A stretch of 64,000 bases of DNA from an uncultured Candidatus Saccharibacteria bacterium (lineage in GTDB: Bacteria > Patescibacteriota > Minisyncoccia > Phycocordibacterales > CAIRYW01). The stretch covers positions 192-64,191 of the forward strand of contig CAYUPH010000003.1 in the NCBI GenBank assembly GCA_964446625.1. The letters are read 5' to 3'. Positions within the stretch are counted from its first letter, which is position 1. Each line of letters starts with the position of its first letter. Positions 47,154 through 57,031 of this stretch are shown here, piece by piece. Position numbers and translations under genes: made by a program. The notes under the pieces are model-generated. The model was not told where the DNA came from. It searched no databases and saw only the letters and a program-made list of their open reading frames with translations.

Positions 47154-47411
47154 TTATTCAAAGTTGAGCCTATTGTCTTTGAAAGTCGCCAGCTTGCGTC
47201 CATTTCCAGTCTGGACGACAAACCCAGTTCCAGTCCATAAAAGAATGGAGTCCTCAATGACTTCTGAGCGCCAGCCCATCTCCTCGAGCGCTTTTTTTAG
47301 TCTTCTTCGCTCTTTTCCTTCTACTCCGCAGTAGTGTGAAAAGAGCGAAATCCAGATGCAGAAGCCAAAAGCTACGGCCCCAACTACCCCTAATACAATG
47401 TATGTGTACAT
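47154..47411 (-). CDS. hypothetical small membrane protein (85 aa)
   Basis: One N-terminal TM helix. Confidence 0.3.
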   Translation of the reverse strand: MYTYIVLGVVGAVAFGFCIWISLFSHYCGVEGKERRRLKKALEEMGWRSEVIEDSILLWTGTGFVVQTGNGRKLATFKDNRLNFE

Positions 47412-47483
47412 ACCCGCACATAATACAACAAAAAACTAAGTTGTAAACAAAACAAAACTCCCTTTCGGGAGTTTTGTGAAGTG

Positions 47484-47876
47484 CTATCGTTTTGACCACT
47501 GTGGAGCTTTTCGAGCTTTTTTGAGACCGAATTTTCGTCTTTCTTTTGCTCGTCCATCTCGTCTTAGAAGTTTCTCTTTTTTAAGAGGTGTTCTCTCTGT
47601 TTGGTCTGACTCTACAATTGCTCGAGCGATTCCAAGAGCGATTGCGTCCGCTTGTGAAGAGATTCCTCCTCCAGCAATCTTGACTGTTATTTTGTATTTC
47701 TTTCCGACGATATCAAGTGGTTTTGTTACCTTTGCCTGAAGTTCTTTTGTTGGAAAATAGTCCTCAAGAGTTCTGTCGTTTATAGCAAATCCACCCTTTG
47801 AATCTGGAGTGATTCGTACTCTTGCAATTGAAGTCTTTCGTCGTCCTACACTTTCAAAATATGATTTCTCTTTCAT
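47484..47876 (-). CDS. rpsI: 30S ribosomal protein S9
   Basis: GGGISSQADAIALGIARA…RRDGRAKERRKFGLKKARKAPQWSKR is the S9 signature. Confidence 0.9.
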   Translation of the reverse strand: MKEKSYFESVGRRKTSIARVRITPDSKGGFAINDRTLEDYFPTKELQAKVTKPLDIVGKKYKITVKIAGGGISSQADAIALGIARAIVESDQTERTPLKKEKLLRRDGRAKERRKFGLKKARKAPQWSKR

Positions 47877-47877
47877 G

Positions 47878-48219
47878 TTAGTTTGTGATTTTGAGGTTAA
47901 GGATCATTTTGCTTCGAAGCTTGTTCTTTGGAAGCATACCCCACACTGCTTTTTTGATAATTTCACTGTGTCCCTTCTTTTCTGCTGTTCGGATAAGAGT
48001 CTCTTTCTTTAGTCCTCCTGGGTATCCAGAGTATCTTGAGTGTGTTTTTGTCTTAAGCTTCTGCTCTGTTACTGCAATTTTAGATGCGTTGATGATTTCA
48101 ACTTTCTCTCCTAAAACTTTGTTTGTAGCGAATTCAGTCGAATTTTTTCCTCGCAAAATAGCAGCTGCTTTTGAAGCGATTCGTCCGATTTTCTGATTTG
48201 TTGCGTCGATTGTAATCAT
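47878..48219 (-). CDS. rplM: 50S ribosomal protein L13
   Basis: MITIDATNQKIGRIASKAAAILRGK is the L13 N-terminus. Confidence 0.85.
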   Translation of the reverse strand: MITIDATNQKIGRIASKAAAILRGKNSTEFATNKVLGEKVEIINASKIAVTEQKLKTKTHSRYSGYPGGLKKETLIRTAEKKGHSEIIKKAVWGMLPKNKLRSKMILNLKITN

Positions 48220-48223
48220 GGTT

Positions 48224-48577
48224 TTAGTTTACAAATTCAATGAGAGCCATTTTGCTCGCATCTCCCTTTCGTCGAGGAAGCTTGATAATTCGTGTGTATC
48301 CACCTTTTCGGTCCTTAAACTTTGGTGCGATTTCAGAAACTAGCTTTTTGTTTGCTACACCTCGTCCAATCTTTGACTCTACTTCTCTTACGCTCGCAAG
48401 AGTTTGAAGTTTTGCCTTTGTGATGAGCTTTTCTACAACTGGCCTAAGAGCCTTTGCTTTTGCTTCGGTTGTCTGGATTTTCTCTTTTGTAATCAAAGCA
48501 ACAGCAAGAGCTTTGTAGAGAGCTTTTCTTTTGTTTGACTTAAGTCCGAATTTTTTTGTGCTTTTACTGTGTCTCAT
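48224..48577 (-). CDS. rplQ: 50S ribosomal protein L17
   Basis: MRHSKSTKKFGLKSNKRKAL is the L17 N-terminus. Confidence 0.85.
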   Translation of the reverse strand: MRHSKSTKKFGLKSNKRKALYKALAVALITKEKIQTTEAKAKALRPVVEKLITKAKLQTLASVREVESKIGRGVANKKLVSEIAPKFKDRKGGYTRIIKLPRRKGDASKMALIEFVN

Positions 48578-48581
48578 TTTA

Positions 48582-49550
48582 TTACTTTAATTCCATATCA
48601 TGATCCTTGAGGATTGATTTGATTTCCTGAATTCCTTTTGTTCCAAGTCCATCAATCTCAAGAAGATCTTTCTCTTTCTTTCGAGCAAGTCCGCCAAGTG
48701 TTCGGATGTTTGCGCTAAGAAGAGCGTTTACTGTTCGCTGAGAAACTCCAATAGACTCAATTCGAGTTTTTAGAACTTCCTCAACTTCTTCTCTGTTTTT
48801 TAGAGGCTCCTCTTTCTTTACTTCCTTTTTCTCTTCTTTTTCTTCTACCTCATCCTCTTCTTTGAAACCTACGATAGCTTTAAGCTGATCGATCATGATT
48901 TTGATTGATTTTTCAAGAGCTTCTCTAGGGGTGATGCTTCCGTCTGTTTCGATAGAAAGAGTAAGTTTGTTGAAGTCTGTTCGTCCTCCTACTCGCATGT
49001 TCTCTACTTCGTATCCTACTCGCTTGATTGGGCTAAAGAGAGCGTCGAGAGCAATGCTTCCGATTTCAACTCGTTCTTTTTGGAGAACTTCTTTTGGAAG
49101 ATATCCAAGTCCTTTTTCGATTTGGAGTTCCATATCGATTTCTCCGTTTTTGTCTGTAATTTCTGCAATGTATGCGTCCGGAGTCATGATTTCAACCTGT
49201 CCAGGAAGTTTAAAGTCTTTACCTGTAATAACTTTTGGTCCTTTGATAGAAAGAGAGATTGTTTGAGGTTCGTCTGTTGCTATGTTGAATCGAACCTTTT
49301 TGAGGTTAAGAATCATTGTAACAACATCTTCTTTGACGCCTTCCATACTAGAAAACTCATGGCTCACTCCTTTTACTTTGATAGAAGTGATAGCTGCTCC
49401 TTCGATTGAAGAAAGGATTATTCTTCGAAGTGAGTTACCGAGAGTGTGTCCGTATCCAGGATAAAGACCACTAATCTCGTAAGAACCAAAGACTCCTTCT
49501 TCTTTGATTACCTTAGGTTTTGAGGGCACTAAAATTTTTGTTTCCGCCAT
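48582..49550 (-). CDS. rpoA: DNA-directed RNA polymerase subunit alpha
   Basis: N-terminal domain (GYGHTLGNSLRRIILSS) and C-terminal HhH domain. Confidence 0.9.
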   Translation of the reverse strand: MAETKILVPSKPKVIKEEGVFGSYEISGLYPGYGHTLGNSLRRIILSSIEGAAITSIKVKGVSHEFSSMEGVKEDVVTMILNLKKVRFNIATDEPQTISLSIKGPKVITGKDFKLPGQVEIMTPDAYIAEITDKNGEIDMELQIEKGLGYLPKEVLQKERVEIGSIALDALFSPIKRVGYEVENMRVGGRTDFNKLTLSIETDGSITPREALEKSIKIMIDQLKAIVGFKEEDEVEEKEEKKEVKKEEPLKNREEVEEVLKTRIESIGVSQRTVNALLSANIRTLGGLARKKEKDLLEIDGLGTKGIQEIKSILKDHDMELK

Positions 49551-49609
49551 AGTTTTTTATATATAAATATAACCGACAAATTATAACCTAATAATTAAAA
49601 TTTGGCAAA

Positions 49610-50212
49610 TTATCGTTTGTAATACTCGAAAATTGCGCTAATGTCGAACATGAGTTCACGTGGATCAGTCTTCGGTGCTCCGACCACCTTCACTTCCTTT
49701 GTCTTCTTGTCTAGATCAAGCCAGTTTGGTGCTGTAACATCCTTTATCTTTTCATCGATATTTGCAAAAAGCTTTCCTGTAAGGCTTCCCCCACGAGGTT
49801 TGAAGACGTCACCTACTCGAAGTTTGTATGATGGAATTGTTGTCTTTGTGCCGTTTACAACAATGTGTCCGTGAGAAACAACTTGTCTAGCATGGCGTCT
49901 TGTTGCTGCAAATCCTGCTCGCATTACTGCGTTGTCTAGTCGTGATTCAAGAACTTCAAAAAGCTTGTCGTTTTGGTTTGTAGACTTACTCTCAAGGATA
50001 CCTTTTACATAGTTCTTAAACTGTCTTTCTGAAACTCCATATGTAAGACGAGCCTTTTGCTTCTCGTTCATTTGTGTACCGAATGCGCTTTTTGCTTTTC
50101 CAAAAGACTTTTGTCGTCTTTCTTTTGATTTCTCGAATTTAGCAGTTTGAGTTTTCTCAAAAATTGGTGCGCCGAGTCGTCGAGCTATTTTGTATTTTGG
50201 TCCTGTCTTCAT
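49610..50212 (-). CDS. rpsD: 30S ribosomal protein S4
   Basis: MKTGPKYKIARRLG N-terminus and S4 domain. Confidence 0.9.
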   Translation of the reverse strand: MKTGPKYKIARRLGAPIFEKTQTAKFEKSKERRQKSFGKAKSAFGTQMNEKQKARLTYGVSERQFKNYVKGILESKSTNQNDKLFEVLESRLDNAVMRAGFAATRRHARQVVSHGHIVVNGTKTTIPSYKLRVGDVFKPRGGSLTGKLFANIDEKIKDVTAPNWLDLDKKTKEVKVVGAPKTDPRELMFDISAIFEYYKR

Positions 50213-50241
50213 ATCTTAAGGTTAAAAACTAAAAAGTAACT

Positions 50242-50676
50242 TTATACTCGTCTTGGTTTAGGAGGACGAGGTCCGTTGTGTGGAACTGGAGTTGCGTCTT
50301 TGATAGAGCTGATTTCAAAGTTTCCTTTAGAAATAAAACCTCTAATAGCTGATTCTCGCCCTGAACCTACTCCTTTTACAATAACTGCAATTTGTTTGAT
50401 TCCTACTGTTTGTGCTTTTCCTCCAATAAGCTCTCCTACTTTAGCGGCAGCAAAAGGTGTTCCCTTCTTTGCTCCTTTAAATCCAATGCTTCCGCTTGAT
50501 GACCAAGCAAGAGCGTTTCCTTTTGTATCTGTAAGAAGAACTTTTGTGTTGTTGTATGTTGATTCAATATTAAGAACCGCTGAGTCTACTCGTTTTTTAG
50601 AAAGCGCTGATACCTGGGCCTTTTCATTTCCCTTTGCATCGCCTGCTCCACCTGTTGCTACTCTTTTCTTTCCCAT
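50242..50676 (-). CDS. rpsK: 30S ribosomal protein S11
   Basis: S11 signature (…SSGSIGFKGAKKGTPFAA…). Confidence 0.9.
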   Translation of the reverse strand: MGKKRVATGGAGDAKGNEKAQVSALSKKRVDSAVLNIESTYNNTKVLLTDTKGNALAWSSSGSIGFKGAKKGTPFAAAKVGELIGGKAQTVGIKQIAVIVKGVGSGRESAIRGFISKGNFEISSIKDATPVPHNGPRPPKPRRV

Positions 50677-50695
50677 GATATATAAAAATTACTTA

Positions 50696-51073
50696 TTATT
50701 TCTTATCAGCTTTCTTTCGACCGCTACCCATAGTTTTCTTTACTCCCTTAAGTGTTCGAGAGTTTGTTTTTGTTCGCTGTCCTCTGGCAGGAAGTCGTTT
50801 TGCGTGCCTTGTTCCTCGGTACGCTTTAATATCTTTTAGTCGTTTGATGTTTCCTGAAACTTCTCGTTTTAGGTCTCCTTCGAGTTTGTATTCTTCTACG
50901 TGCTTTCGGATCTCATTTTCTGAGTCTGTTGAAAGATCTTTTGCAAGCGCACCAAAGTCAATCTTTGAATCTTTTAAAATCTTTTGAGCTCTTGATCGGC
51001 CGATTCCGTAAATAGCGGTAAGGGCAATTTCGAGTCTTTTATCGTCTGGTATGGTGATTCCTAGTATTCTCAT
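50696..51073 (-). CDS. rpsM: 30S ribosomal protein S13
   Basis: MRILGITIPDDKRLEIALTAIYGIGRSRA is the S13 signature. Confidence 0.9.
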   Translation of the reverse strand: MRILGITIPDDKRLEIALTAIYGIGRSRAQKILKDSKIDFGALAKDLSTDSENEIRKHVEEYKLEGDLKREVSGNIKRLKDIKAYRGTRHAKRLPARGQRTKTNSRTLKGVKKTMGSGRKKADKK

Positions 51074-51081
51074 TTTTAGAT

Positions 51082-51198
51082 TTATCCCTGTCTCTGATTA
51101 TGTCGCTTATCACCTTTGCAGATAACACGAACAAGGCCGTTTCGTCGAACGGTCTTACATTTCGGACATATCTTTTTAACAGATGCTTTTACTTTCAT
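51082..51198 (-). CDS. rpmJ: 50S ribosomal protein L36
   Basis: Not in the supplied ORF track. Translated by hand from the minus strand: [38 protein letters not shown]. Confidence 0.85.
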   Translation of the reverse strand: MKVKASVKKICPKCKTVRRNGLVRVICKGDKRHNQRQG

Positions 51199-51276
51199 AA
51201 GTAACCTTGATAATATAATACAATCTCCTTTTTTAGTCAAAGGATATTTTTCCACTATACAACAAAACCCAAATTT

Positions 51277-51492
51277 TTACAACCTTCTTATGATCCTCGC
51301 CTTTCCTCCATATGGATCAAGCTCCATTTCTACTTTGTCCCCTACGAGAACTCGGATTCGGTGAAGCCGCATCTTGCCTGCAAGGTATGAGAGAAGGTTC
51401 CGTCCGTCTTCTAGGTCAACACGAAAAAGAGTGTTCGGCAAAGCCTCTGTGACCACTCCTTGTACTTTTTCTAGATTTTGGTTTCCGCTCAT
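51277..51492 (-). CDS. infA: translation initiation factor IF-1
   Basis: S1-like OB fold ([35 protein letters not shown]). Confidence 0.9.
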   Translation of the reverse strand: MSGNQNLEKVQGVVTEALPNTLFRVDLEDGRNLLSYLAGKMRLHRIRVLVGDKVEMELDPYGGKARIIRRL

Positions 51493-51533
51493 TAGTTAGG
51501 ATCAATTGTAACAGTCTCTTTGGGCGCCGTCAA

Positions 51534-52787
51534 TTAAATCTCTACATTAATGTCCTCTGGGTCTTTTGGAAGTTTTGTTCTCCAGAATGGTCGAAGGATA
51601 ATTTGGCCTTTTCCAATAGATTTTTCTGCTCCCATGATTGCAAACGCTTCAGTCTTTGTCTTTCCTGCAAGTTTTTGGAGGAGTTTCGGTATATCTACTT
51701 TGTACTCGAGGACAGTTGTCCCATCAACAGTTGCAGCGATTCCATTTGTAGTTTCGTTTATCTTAACCGTTGCCTTTTCTAAGTCTAGAGTAAAAACTTC
51801 GCTCGTATCCACTGTTTGTCCATCGAGTTTTCCAAGAGCTACTCCAAGGCTTTTTGTCTCAAGAGCGGTTCCCTTTATTTTACCCACTCTTTTTACTGTC
51901 ACTTTCCCCTCGCCTGCGTCCGCTGTGCTTCCTTCAAATGAAATGCTAAGAGCACCCTTAGGGAATACAAAACCTTCAGGAATCTGTGCTCCAAGCTTCA
52001 TTTCAGCCTCTGCTTTTATTTGTTCTTCAAGAGTAGTGTTTGCTTTATCCAAATCTTCTTTTGCTGGAACCTTTACTTTGCCTTCTTCTCCTCCTGTCAT
52101 AGGTGTTTTTGATCTCGCGTAAATAGTGTCGAATTTAGCCGTTCCTTTAAAACCAGGAATAGTAAAGTCGTTTAGTCCTATGTTGTATGCTTTTCCAGGC
52201 TTTTCTGCTGTCACATCCGCCTCGACTGTTCCGGCTGCGGTTCCCTTCTTGCCGGGTACTGTTACCTCCTTGCTAAGTTTGTAAATAAGACCTCCTGGAG
52301 TTTGAAAACGGGTGCCTGCAATCAGTTTTTGAGCTGTAGTGCCACTGTTGTTGTAAATAATTATTTTTCCGGTTGCCTTTTCTGAAACTTCTTTTTCTGC
52401 GGTTGCTGGAACTTCGATTTCTTTTTCATCTGAAATCTCGATTGTTGAATAAAGGAGTCCATCACCTGTCTTTCTGCCTTCTATAGTCCCGCCGGTTCCA
52501 AAAGTCATCTGTTTTGGTGCGATTGTAATGCGAGCCTCGGTAACAAAATAGAGCACTAGGAATGCAAGAACTGCTGCACTCATGATTGCACCAAGCCAAA
52601 GGAAAATTTTTGAACCTCCGCTTACTTTTGGGTATTCAGGATAGTAAATAACATTTGAAACTTCCTCTCTCGTTTTTTCTTCCTTTTTTTCCTCACGCTT
52701 TTCTTCCCTTTTTCTCTCTGCAGGAATAGGAATATTTCGAATAGATCTTTTTTCAGGAGGTATGATGTCTTGAAATGTTTTTTTCAT
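51534..52787 (-). CDS. hypothetical membrane-anchored protein (417 aa)
   Basis: Lys/Glu-rich N-terminus, one TM helix, then a Thr/Gly/Lys-rich extracytoplasmic domain. No motif. Confidence 0.4.
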   Translation of the reverse strand: MKKTFQDIIPPEKRSIRNIPIPAERKREEKREEKKEEKTREEVSNVIYYPEYPKVSGGSKIFLWLGAIMSAAVLAFLVLYFVTEARITIAPKQMTFGTGGTIEGRKTGDGLLYSTIEISDEKEIEVPATAEKEVSEKATGKIIIYNNSGTTAQKLIAGTRFQTPGGLIYKLSKEVTVPGKKGTAAGTVEADVTAEKPGKAYNIGLNDFTIPGFKGTAKFDTIYARSKTPMTGGEEGKVKVPAKEDLDKANTTLEEQIKAEAEMKLGAQIPEGFVFPKGALSISFEGSTADAGEGKVTVKRVGKIKGTALETKSLGVALGKLDGQTVDTSEVFTLDLEKATVKINETTNGIAATVDGTTVLEYKVDIPKLLQKLAGKTKTEAFAIMGAEKSIGKGQIILRPFWRTKLPKDPEDINVEI

Positions 52788-52844
52788 AGAGTAATTTTAC
52801 ATTCTTTTGTTTTAATTGACTAGAGGAAAATTTCCACAATCACT

Positions 52845-54011
52845 TCAGAGTGTTTTAAGAAAAAGAGAGATTGCACCAAGAATAGGATGTGGTTCTTTTG
52901 AACTTGAAACCACAATATAGTTTTTTACATCCTCAGTTGTAAAGTAACTTACTGAAAATGTGTCCGATGAAAAAGATTTGTTCGCAAATGTTTTCTTTGA
53001 AATCCATGTTTCAAGTATCTTTGATTCCGCATCTTTTCCTGCGATAATCACCTCTTTTGGCAAAAGGAACGTTTCTCCAAGGCGCCAAAATGCGTCAGTT
53101 AAAGCCACATCCCATTCGCTTTCTGCTTGTGACAAAATCTGAGTTAGTTCGGTTTCTGCAGATGCTTCGAGAGTACCTTCTTCATGTAGGGATAAAAGTG
53201 AGAGTACGGTCTCCTTTTCTTTTTGGAGCGCTGAAGCAATAACTCGAACCGGAAAATGCTTACCAAAAGGAATAGAAACACTGCCTTTTGGCACTCCTCC
53301 GCGGACAAGCAGAAATTCTGAAACTTCGTGCTCTGGCATACAAAGCACGAAATCTTTTTTGTGTAGAAGGTTTACTACAATTGGAAAGAATGCCATTGGA
53401 ATAGTGTGAAAATTTACCAGGAGGTTAGGAAAAGCGAGGTTTATAACCTCTTTAATTTTTACAGCAACATCTTCGTTCATTGTACTGATGAAGCTTGTGA
53501 CAGTAATACTGCTTGTTTTCTTTCCAATCGAATTTTCTATTTCGTAGCCATTTGCTTTAACGGAAACAATTGCTTCTTCTATGTGAAGTAGGTTTGGTTC
53601 CTTTTCCTTAAGATGCTCCGAAGCGGTTTCTCGAATGAGTTCATTTGTAATAATGAAAGGTTTGTCTTCGGTTTTTGTTGAAGTGACGATTTTTGAAATG
53701 TTCCACGGAGAACCTAGAAAGACATACGCGGTTTTAATATCACCAAACTTAACACCCTTTGCTTTTACTTCTTCAATTCCCTCTTTTTGAAGTTTTTCGT
53801 TTTCCCTTTTTAGAGACGCAAGCGAAAAACTTAGGACACTCCCCTCGGTTTTAGCCTCAGAGAGAACCGCGCTTTGGTGTGCGTATACAATTTCTGGTTT
53901 CTTGTTTGGTTTTAAACGCACAATACCAGTGATCGCCTTTCCGCTTTCAAGTGCAAAGACAAGAGCAGTCTCCTCTTTTCCATTTTTTGTGGAATGTAAA
54001 AAATCGAACAT
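52845..54011 (-). CDS. hypothetical protein (388 aa)
   Basis: Intact ORF. No motif. Confidence 0.35.
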   Translation of the reverse strand: MFDFLHSTKNGKEETALVFALESGKAITGIVRLKPNKKPEIVYAHQSAVLSEAKTEGSVLSFSLASLKRENEKLQKEGIEEVKAKGVKFGDIKTAYVFLGSPWNISKIVTSTKTEDKPFIITNELIRETASEHLKEKEPNLLHIEEAIVSVKANGYEIENSIGKKTSSITVTSFISTMNEDVAVKIKEVINLAFPNLLVNFHTIPMAFFPIVVNLLHKKDFVLCMPEHEVSEFLLVRGGVPKGSVSIPFGKHFPVRVIASALQKEKETVLSLLSLHEEGTLEASAETELTQILSQAESEWDVALTDAFWRLGETFLLPKEVIIAGKDAESKILETWISKKTFANKSFSSDTFSVSYFTTEDVKNYIVVSSSKEPHPILGAISLFLKTL

Positions 54012-54049
54012 ACGAAAATTATATCATACGAAAGCAGTGACTTTCTTCT

Positions 54050-55900
54050 TTATTCGAGAACAGCTTTGATTCGTCTTACTCCAACTGAGACAGCTTCTTC
54101 TTTTTGGATTTTGAATGTTCCTTTAAGTTCGCTTGTGTTCTTTACATGTGGTCCACCACAAAACTCTTTTGAGTATGCGTCCGCAATAGTGTTTCCAATA
54201 TAATAGACTGTCACTGTGTCAGGATATTTTTCTCCAAAAAAGTGAATTGCACCAGTTTTAAGAGCTTCTTCTTTTGGAAGGCTTACTACCTCAACAGGAA
54301 GAGCAAGTTTAATTTTTTCATTCACGATTTCCTCCACGCGCTTCTTTTCCTCATCTGTCATTTTGCGGTCAAAAGAAAAGTCGAAGCGAAGACGCTCGGG
54401 AGTAATGTTTGATCCTTTTTGTCCAACAGTTTTTCCAAGAACATCTCGGAGAGCCTGCTGAAGGAGGTGTGTAGCGGTGTGATACTGAAGCGATTTTTCA
54501 CTTGTGTCTCCAAGGCCTCCCTTGAATTTTTGTTCTGCGCCTGCGCGGGAAAGGTCTTGGTGATTCTTTAAATCAGCTTTAAATTTTTCTAAATCAATTG
54601 TTACACCTCTTTCTTCTGCGAGTTCCTCTGTAAGTTCAACGGGAAAACCAAAAGTTGTAAAAAGAATAAATGGATCAGTTCCTTTTTCGAACTCTTTTAG
54701 TCCAAGAGTTAGAGTCTTTCTAAACTTTTCTTCCTCTTTATTTATCTCGTCTTTGATAAATTCTTTTTTATCATAAGTTTCTGGATACGCATCTTTGTAA
54801 AGTTCAAGAAGCGGAAGAACTAGCTCGCCAATTCCTGCACCTTGAATCCCGAGCTTGTCCCAAAATCGTACAGCTCGTCGGAGGAGTCTTCTGACAAAGT
54901 AGCCCTGTTCTGTGTTAGATGGAGTGACTCCGTCACCAATAAGGAAAACACTAGAGCGGATGTGGTCAGCAACAACTCGAAAGGCATATGTATACGCTTC
55001 GTCTTTGTAGTTTTTACCCGAAAGGGACTCCAGAGTTTTTACGATTCCTCCTAGAGTATCAATCTCAAACACATCATTTGTGTTCATTGTTGTAGCAACG
55101 ATTCTCTCCAGTCCTCCACCGAAATCCACATTTTTTTGAGGCAGCTTCTCAAATCCGCCAGTTACTTTTTTGAATTCCATGAAAACCGAGTTTCCAATTT
55201 CTATAAAACGTCCACAATCACAGTTGGGGTGACATTTCTCGCCGTATTTTGTGTCATGCTCTACAAAATCAAACTCATAGAAAATCTCAGAATCTGGTCC
55301 TCCTGGTTCCCCCTCCGGCATTTTCTCGGGTACCCCGCTTCTGCTCCACCAGTTTTTCTTTACATCATATGCAAAAATCCTTTCTCCCGGATTCATTCCT
55401 CTTTTTCCTGCCTCTTCCTCGTTTATAAGGTCAGCAGACAAAGCTTCAATTCCTTTTGATGCAAAAAGATTTTTCCAAAGTTCTACCGCTTCTGTGTCTG
55501 CAGAAATTCCAGCTTTTTCATCTCCTCGAAATACAGTGACAAAAAGTTTTTTTGCCTCAAGCTGGACAACATCTGTAAGAAACTCAAAAACCCAAGGGAT
55601 TTGCTCAGCTTTGAAATAATCGCCAAGGGACCAGTTTCCAAGCATTTCAAAAAAAGTTGTGTGACGGTTGTCCCCTACATCTTCAATGTCCTGTGATCTA
55701 AAAGACTTTTGAGAGTTTACAAGCCTTGTTCCCTCCGGGTGTTTTGCTCCAAGTAGGTATGGAATAAGCGGTTGCATACCTGAACCAGTAAAAAGTGTTG
55801 TTGGGTCGTTTTCGGGCACGAGTCGAGAGCTAGGAATTACTTTGTGTCCTTTTCCTGCAAAAAACTCTAGGTATTTCTGTCTAACTTCGTTGGTCGTCAT
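54050..55900 (-). CDS. alaS: alanyl-tRNA synthetase, compact form without C-Ala domain
   Basis: AlaRS class II N-terminus (FFAGKGHKVIPSSRLVPENDPTTLFTGSGMQP), editing-domain HxxxH…CGGPH present, only 616 aa. Confidence 0.85.
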   Translation of the reverse strand: MTTNEVRQKYLEFFAGKGHKVIPSSRLVPENDPTTLFTGSGMQPLIPYLLGAKHPEGTRLVNSQKSFRSQDIEDVGDNRHTTFFEMLGNWSLGDYFKAEQIPWVFEFLTDVVQLEAKKLFVTVFRGDEKAGISADTEAVELWKNLFASKGIEALSADLINEEEAGKRGMNPGERIFAYDVKKNWWSRSGVPEKMPEGEPGGPDSEIFYEFDFVEHDTKYGEKCHPNCDCGRFIEIGNSVFMEFKKVTGGFEKLPQKNVDFGGGLERIVATTMNTNDVFEIDTLGGIVKTLESLSGKNYKDEAYTYAFRVVADHIRSSVFLIGDGVTPSNTEQGYFVRRLLRRAVRFWDKLGIQGAGIGELVLPLLELYKDAYPETYDKKEFIKDEINKEEEKFRKTLTLGLKEFEKGTDPFILFTTFGFPVELTEELAEERGVTIDLEKFKADLKNHQDLSRAGAEQKFKGGLGDTSEKSLQYHTATHLLQQALRDVLGKTVGQKGSNITPERLRFDFSFDRKMTDEEKKRVEEIVNEKIKLALPVEVVSLPKEEALKTGAIHFFGEKYPDTVTVYYIGNTIADAYSKEFCGGPHVKNTSELKGTFKIQKEEAVSVGVRRIKAVLE

Positions 55901-55940
55901 GTAAAAAACAGTATAGCGTAACTGCTTCTTTTAATAAAGT

Positions 55941-56201
55941 TTAGAGCACTACCCCTTCACTTCGGAGGATTGCTTCTTTACTTTTGCCTTGGAGGCCGTT
56001 ATACTCCCCCACTTTTCCGTCGGAACGAATGACACGGTGGCATGGAACGGCTTTATCGGTATTTCCTGACATAATGCTTGCCACAGCGCGGTAAGCGCGA
56101 GGACTTCCTGCTTTTTCTGCAACCTCTTTGTATGACAAAACTTTTCCCTTAGGAATTTTTTTTACTACACTTAGAACTTTTTGTTTAAAACTTTTTTCCA
56201 C
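55941..56201 (-). CDS. ogt: methylated-DNA--protein-cysteine methyltransferase (MGMT/Ogt) DNA-binding domain protein
   Basis: 86 aa with active-site PCHRV and HTH. Cys is retained, so this is not an ATL. Confidence 0.7.
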   Translation of the reverse strand: MEKSFKQKVLSVVKKIPKGKVLSYKEVAEKAGSPRAYRAVASIMSGNTDKAVPCHRVIRSDGKVGEYNGLQGKSKEAILRSEGVVL

Positions 56202-56203
56202 TA

Positions 56204-56986
56204 TTATTTCTTTCCGTGTTTTTTAACGTGGTCCCTAAAAGATTCTCCGGCAAAAGTTCTATAAGCACAAAACTCACAAGATTCGCCTTCTTTTGGAATT
56301 TCTGTTCCGTCTAAGCACTTTTTGATTTCAACTAGTTTTTTTTCAATCCAGTCGCATTTACCTTTGTGAGAAATGAGTGTTACCTCAAACTCTAGTTTGC
56401 CGTCGAACGCTTCCTTGTCTGTTTGGCCATTTACATAGACAAAGTATCCTGTATCAGAAACTTTAAAACCTTTTTTGCGAAGGAGCCACTGATACACCTC
56501 CATTTGTCTCTTGTATTGTTCCTGCCACTTCGTGTCTCCAAGGGATTCCATTTTCCCATCCTTTGCAGTTGCTTTGTAGTCAACGACAATGAGCTCGTCT
56601 TTTTTGTTTACCCACACATCATCAATTGCTCCCGAGATAAGGAGACCTGTTTCTTCATCTTTATGCTGTATTCCGACAAAGTTTTCTCGCCATTCGTCTA
56701 CATCTGCATGTGAAAAAGGAACAGCATCGACACCGTACTCTTTCATGAGAGGATGAGCTGTTTGTTTCGCCCTGTGTGTATCGAATTCTTTTTTTAGGAG
56801 CGCGTCTACAGCAATGTTTAGTGTAAATGCAGGTCCCCTAGGTCTTGAAACACCAAGTTTGTTGTCGAGATAGAAACACCTAGGACACTCCATAAAGAGA
56901 TCAATTTTTGAACGCGAAAGTTTCCAGTTTGGTCCTCCATAATTCCAAGCAGAATTTCTGATCTTTGGTTTTGATTCGTATGCCAT
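56204..56986 (-). CDS. PD-(D/E)xK nuclease superfamily protein (Cas4/RecB-like)
   Basis: D…VVDYK (D-x-K) core plus N-terminal CPRC and C-terminal CEFC cysteine pairs. No CRISPR nearby. Confidence 0.45.
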   Translation of the reverse strand: MAYESKPKIRNSAWNYGGPNWKLSRSKIDLFMECPRCFYLDNKLGVSRPRGPAFTLNIAVDALLKKEFDTHRAKQTAHPLMKEYGVDAVPFSHADVDEWRENFVGIQHKDEETGLLISGAIDDVWVNKKDELIVVDYKATAKDGKMESLGDTKWQEQYKRQMEVYQWLLRKKGFKVSDTGYFVYVNGQTDKEAFDGKLEFEVTLISHKGKCDWIEKKLVEIKKCLDGTEIPKEGESCEFCAYRTFAGESFRDHVKKHGKK

Positions 56987-57031
56987 GGTTCAATTATATG
57001 CCAAAACGCATGGACACAAAAGCACGCGTTG

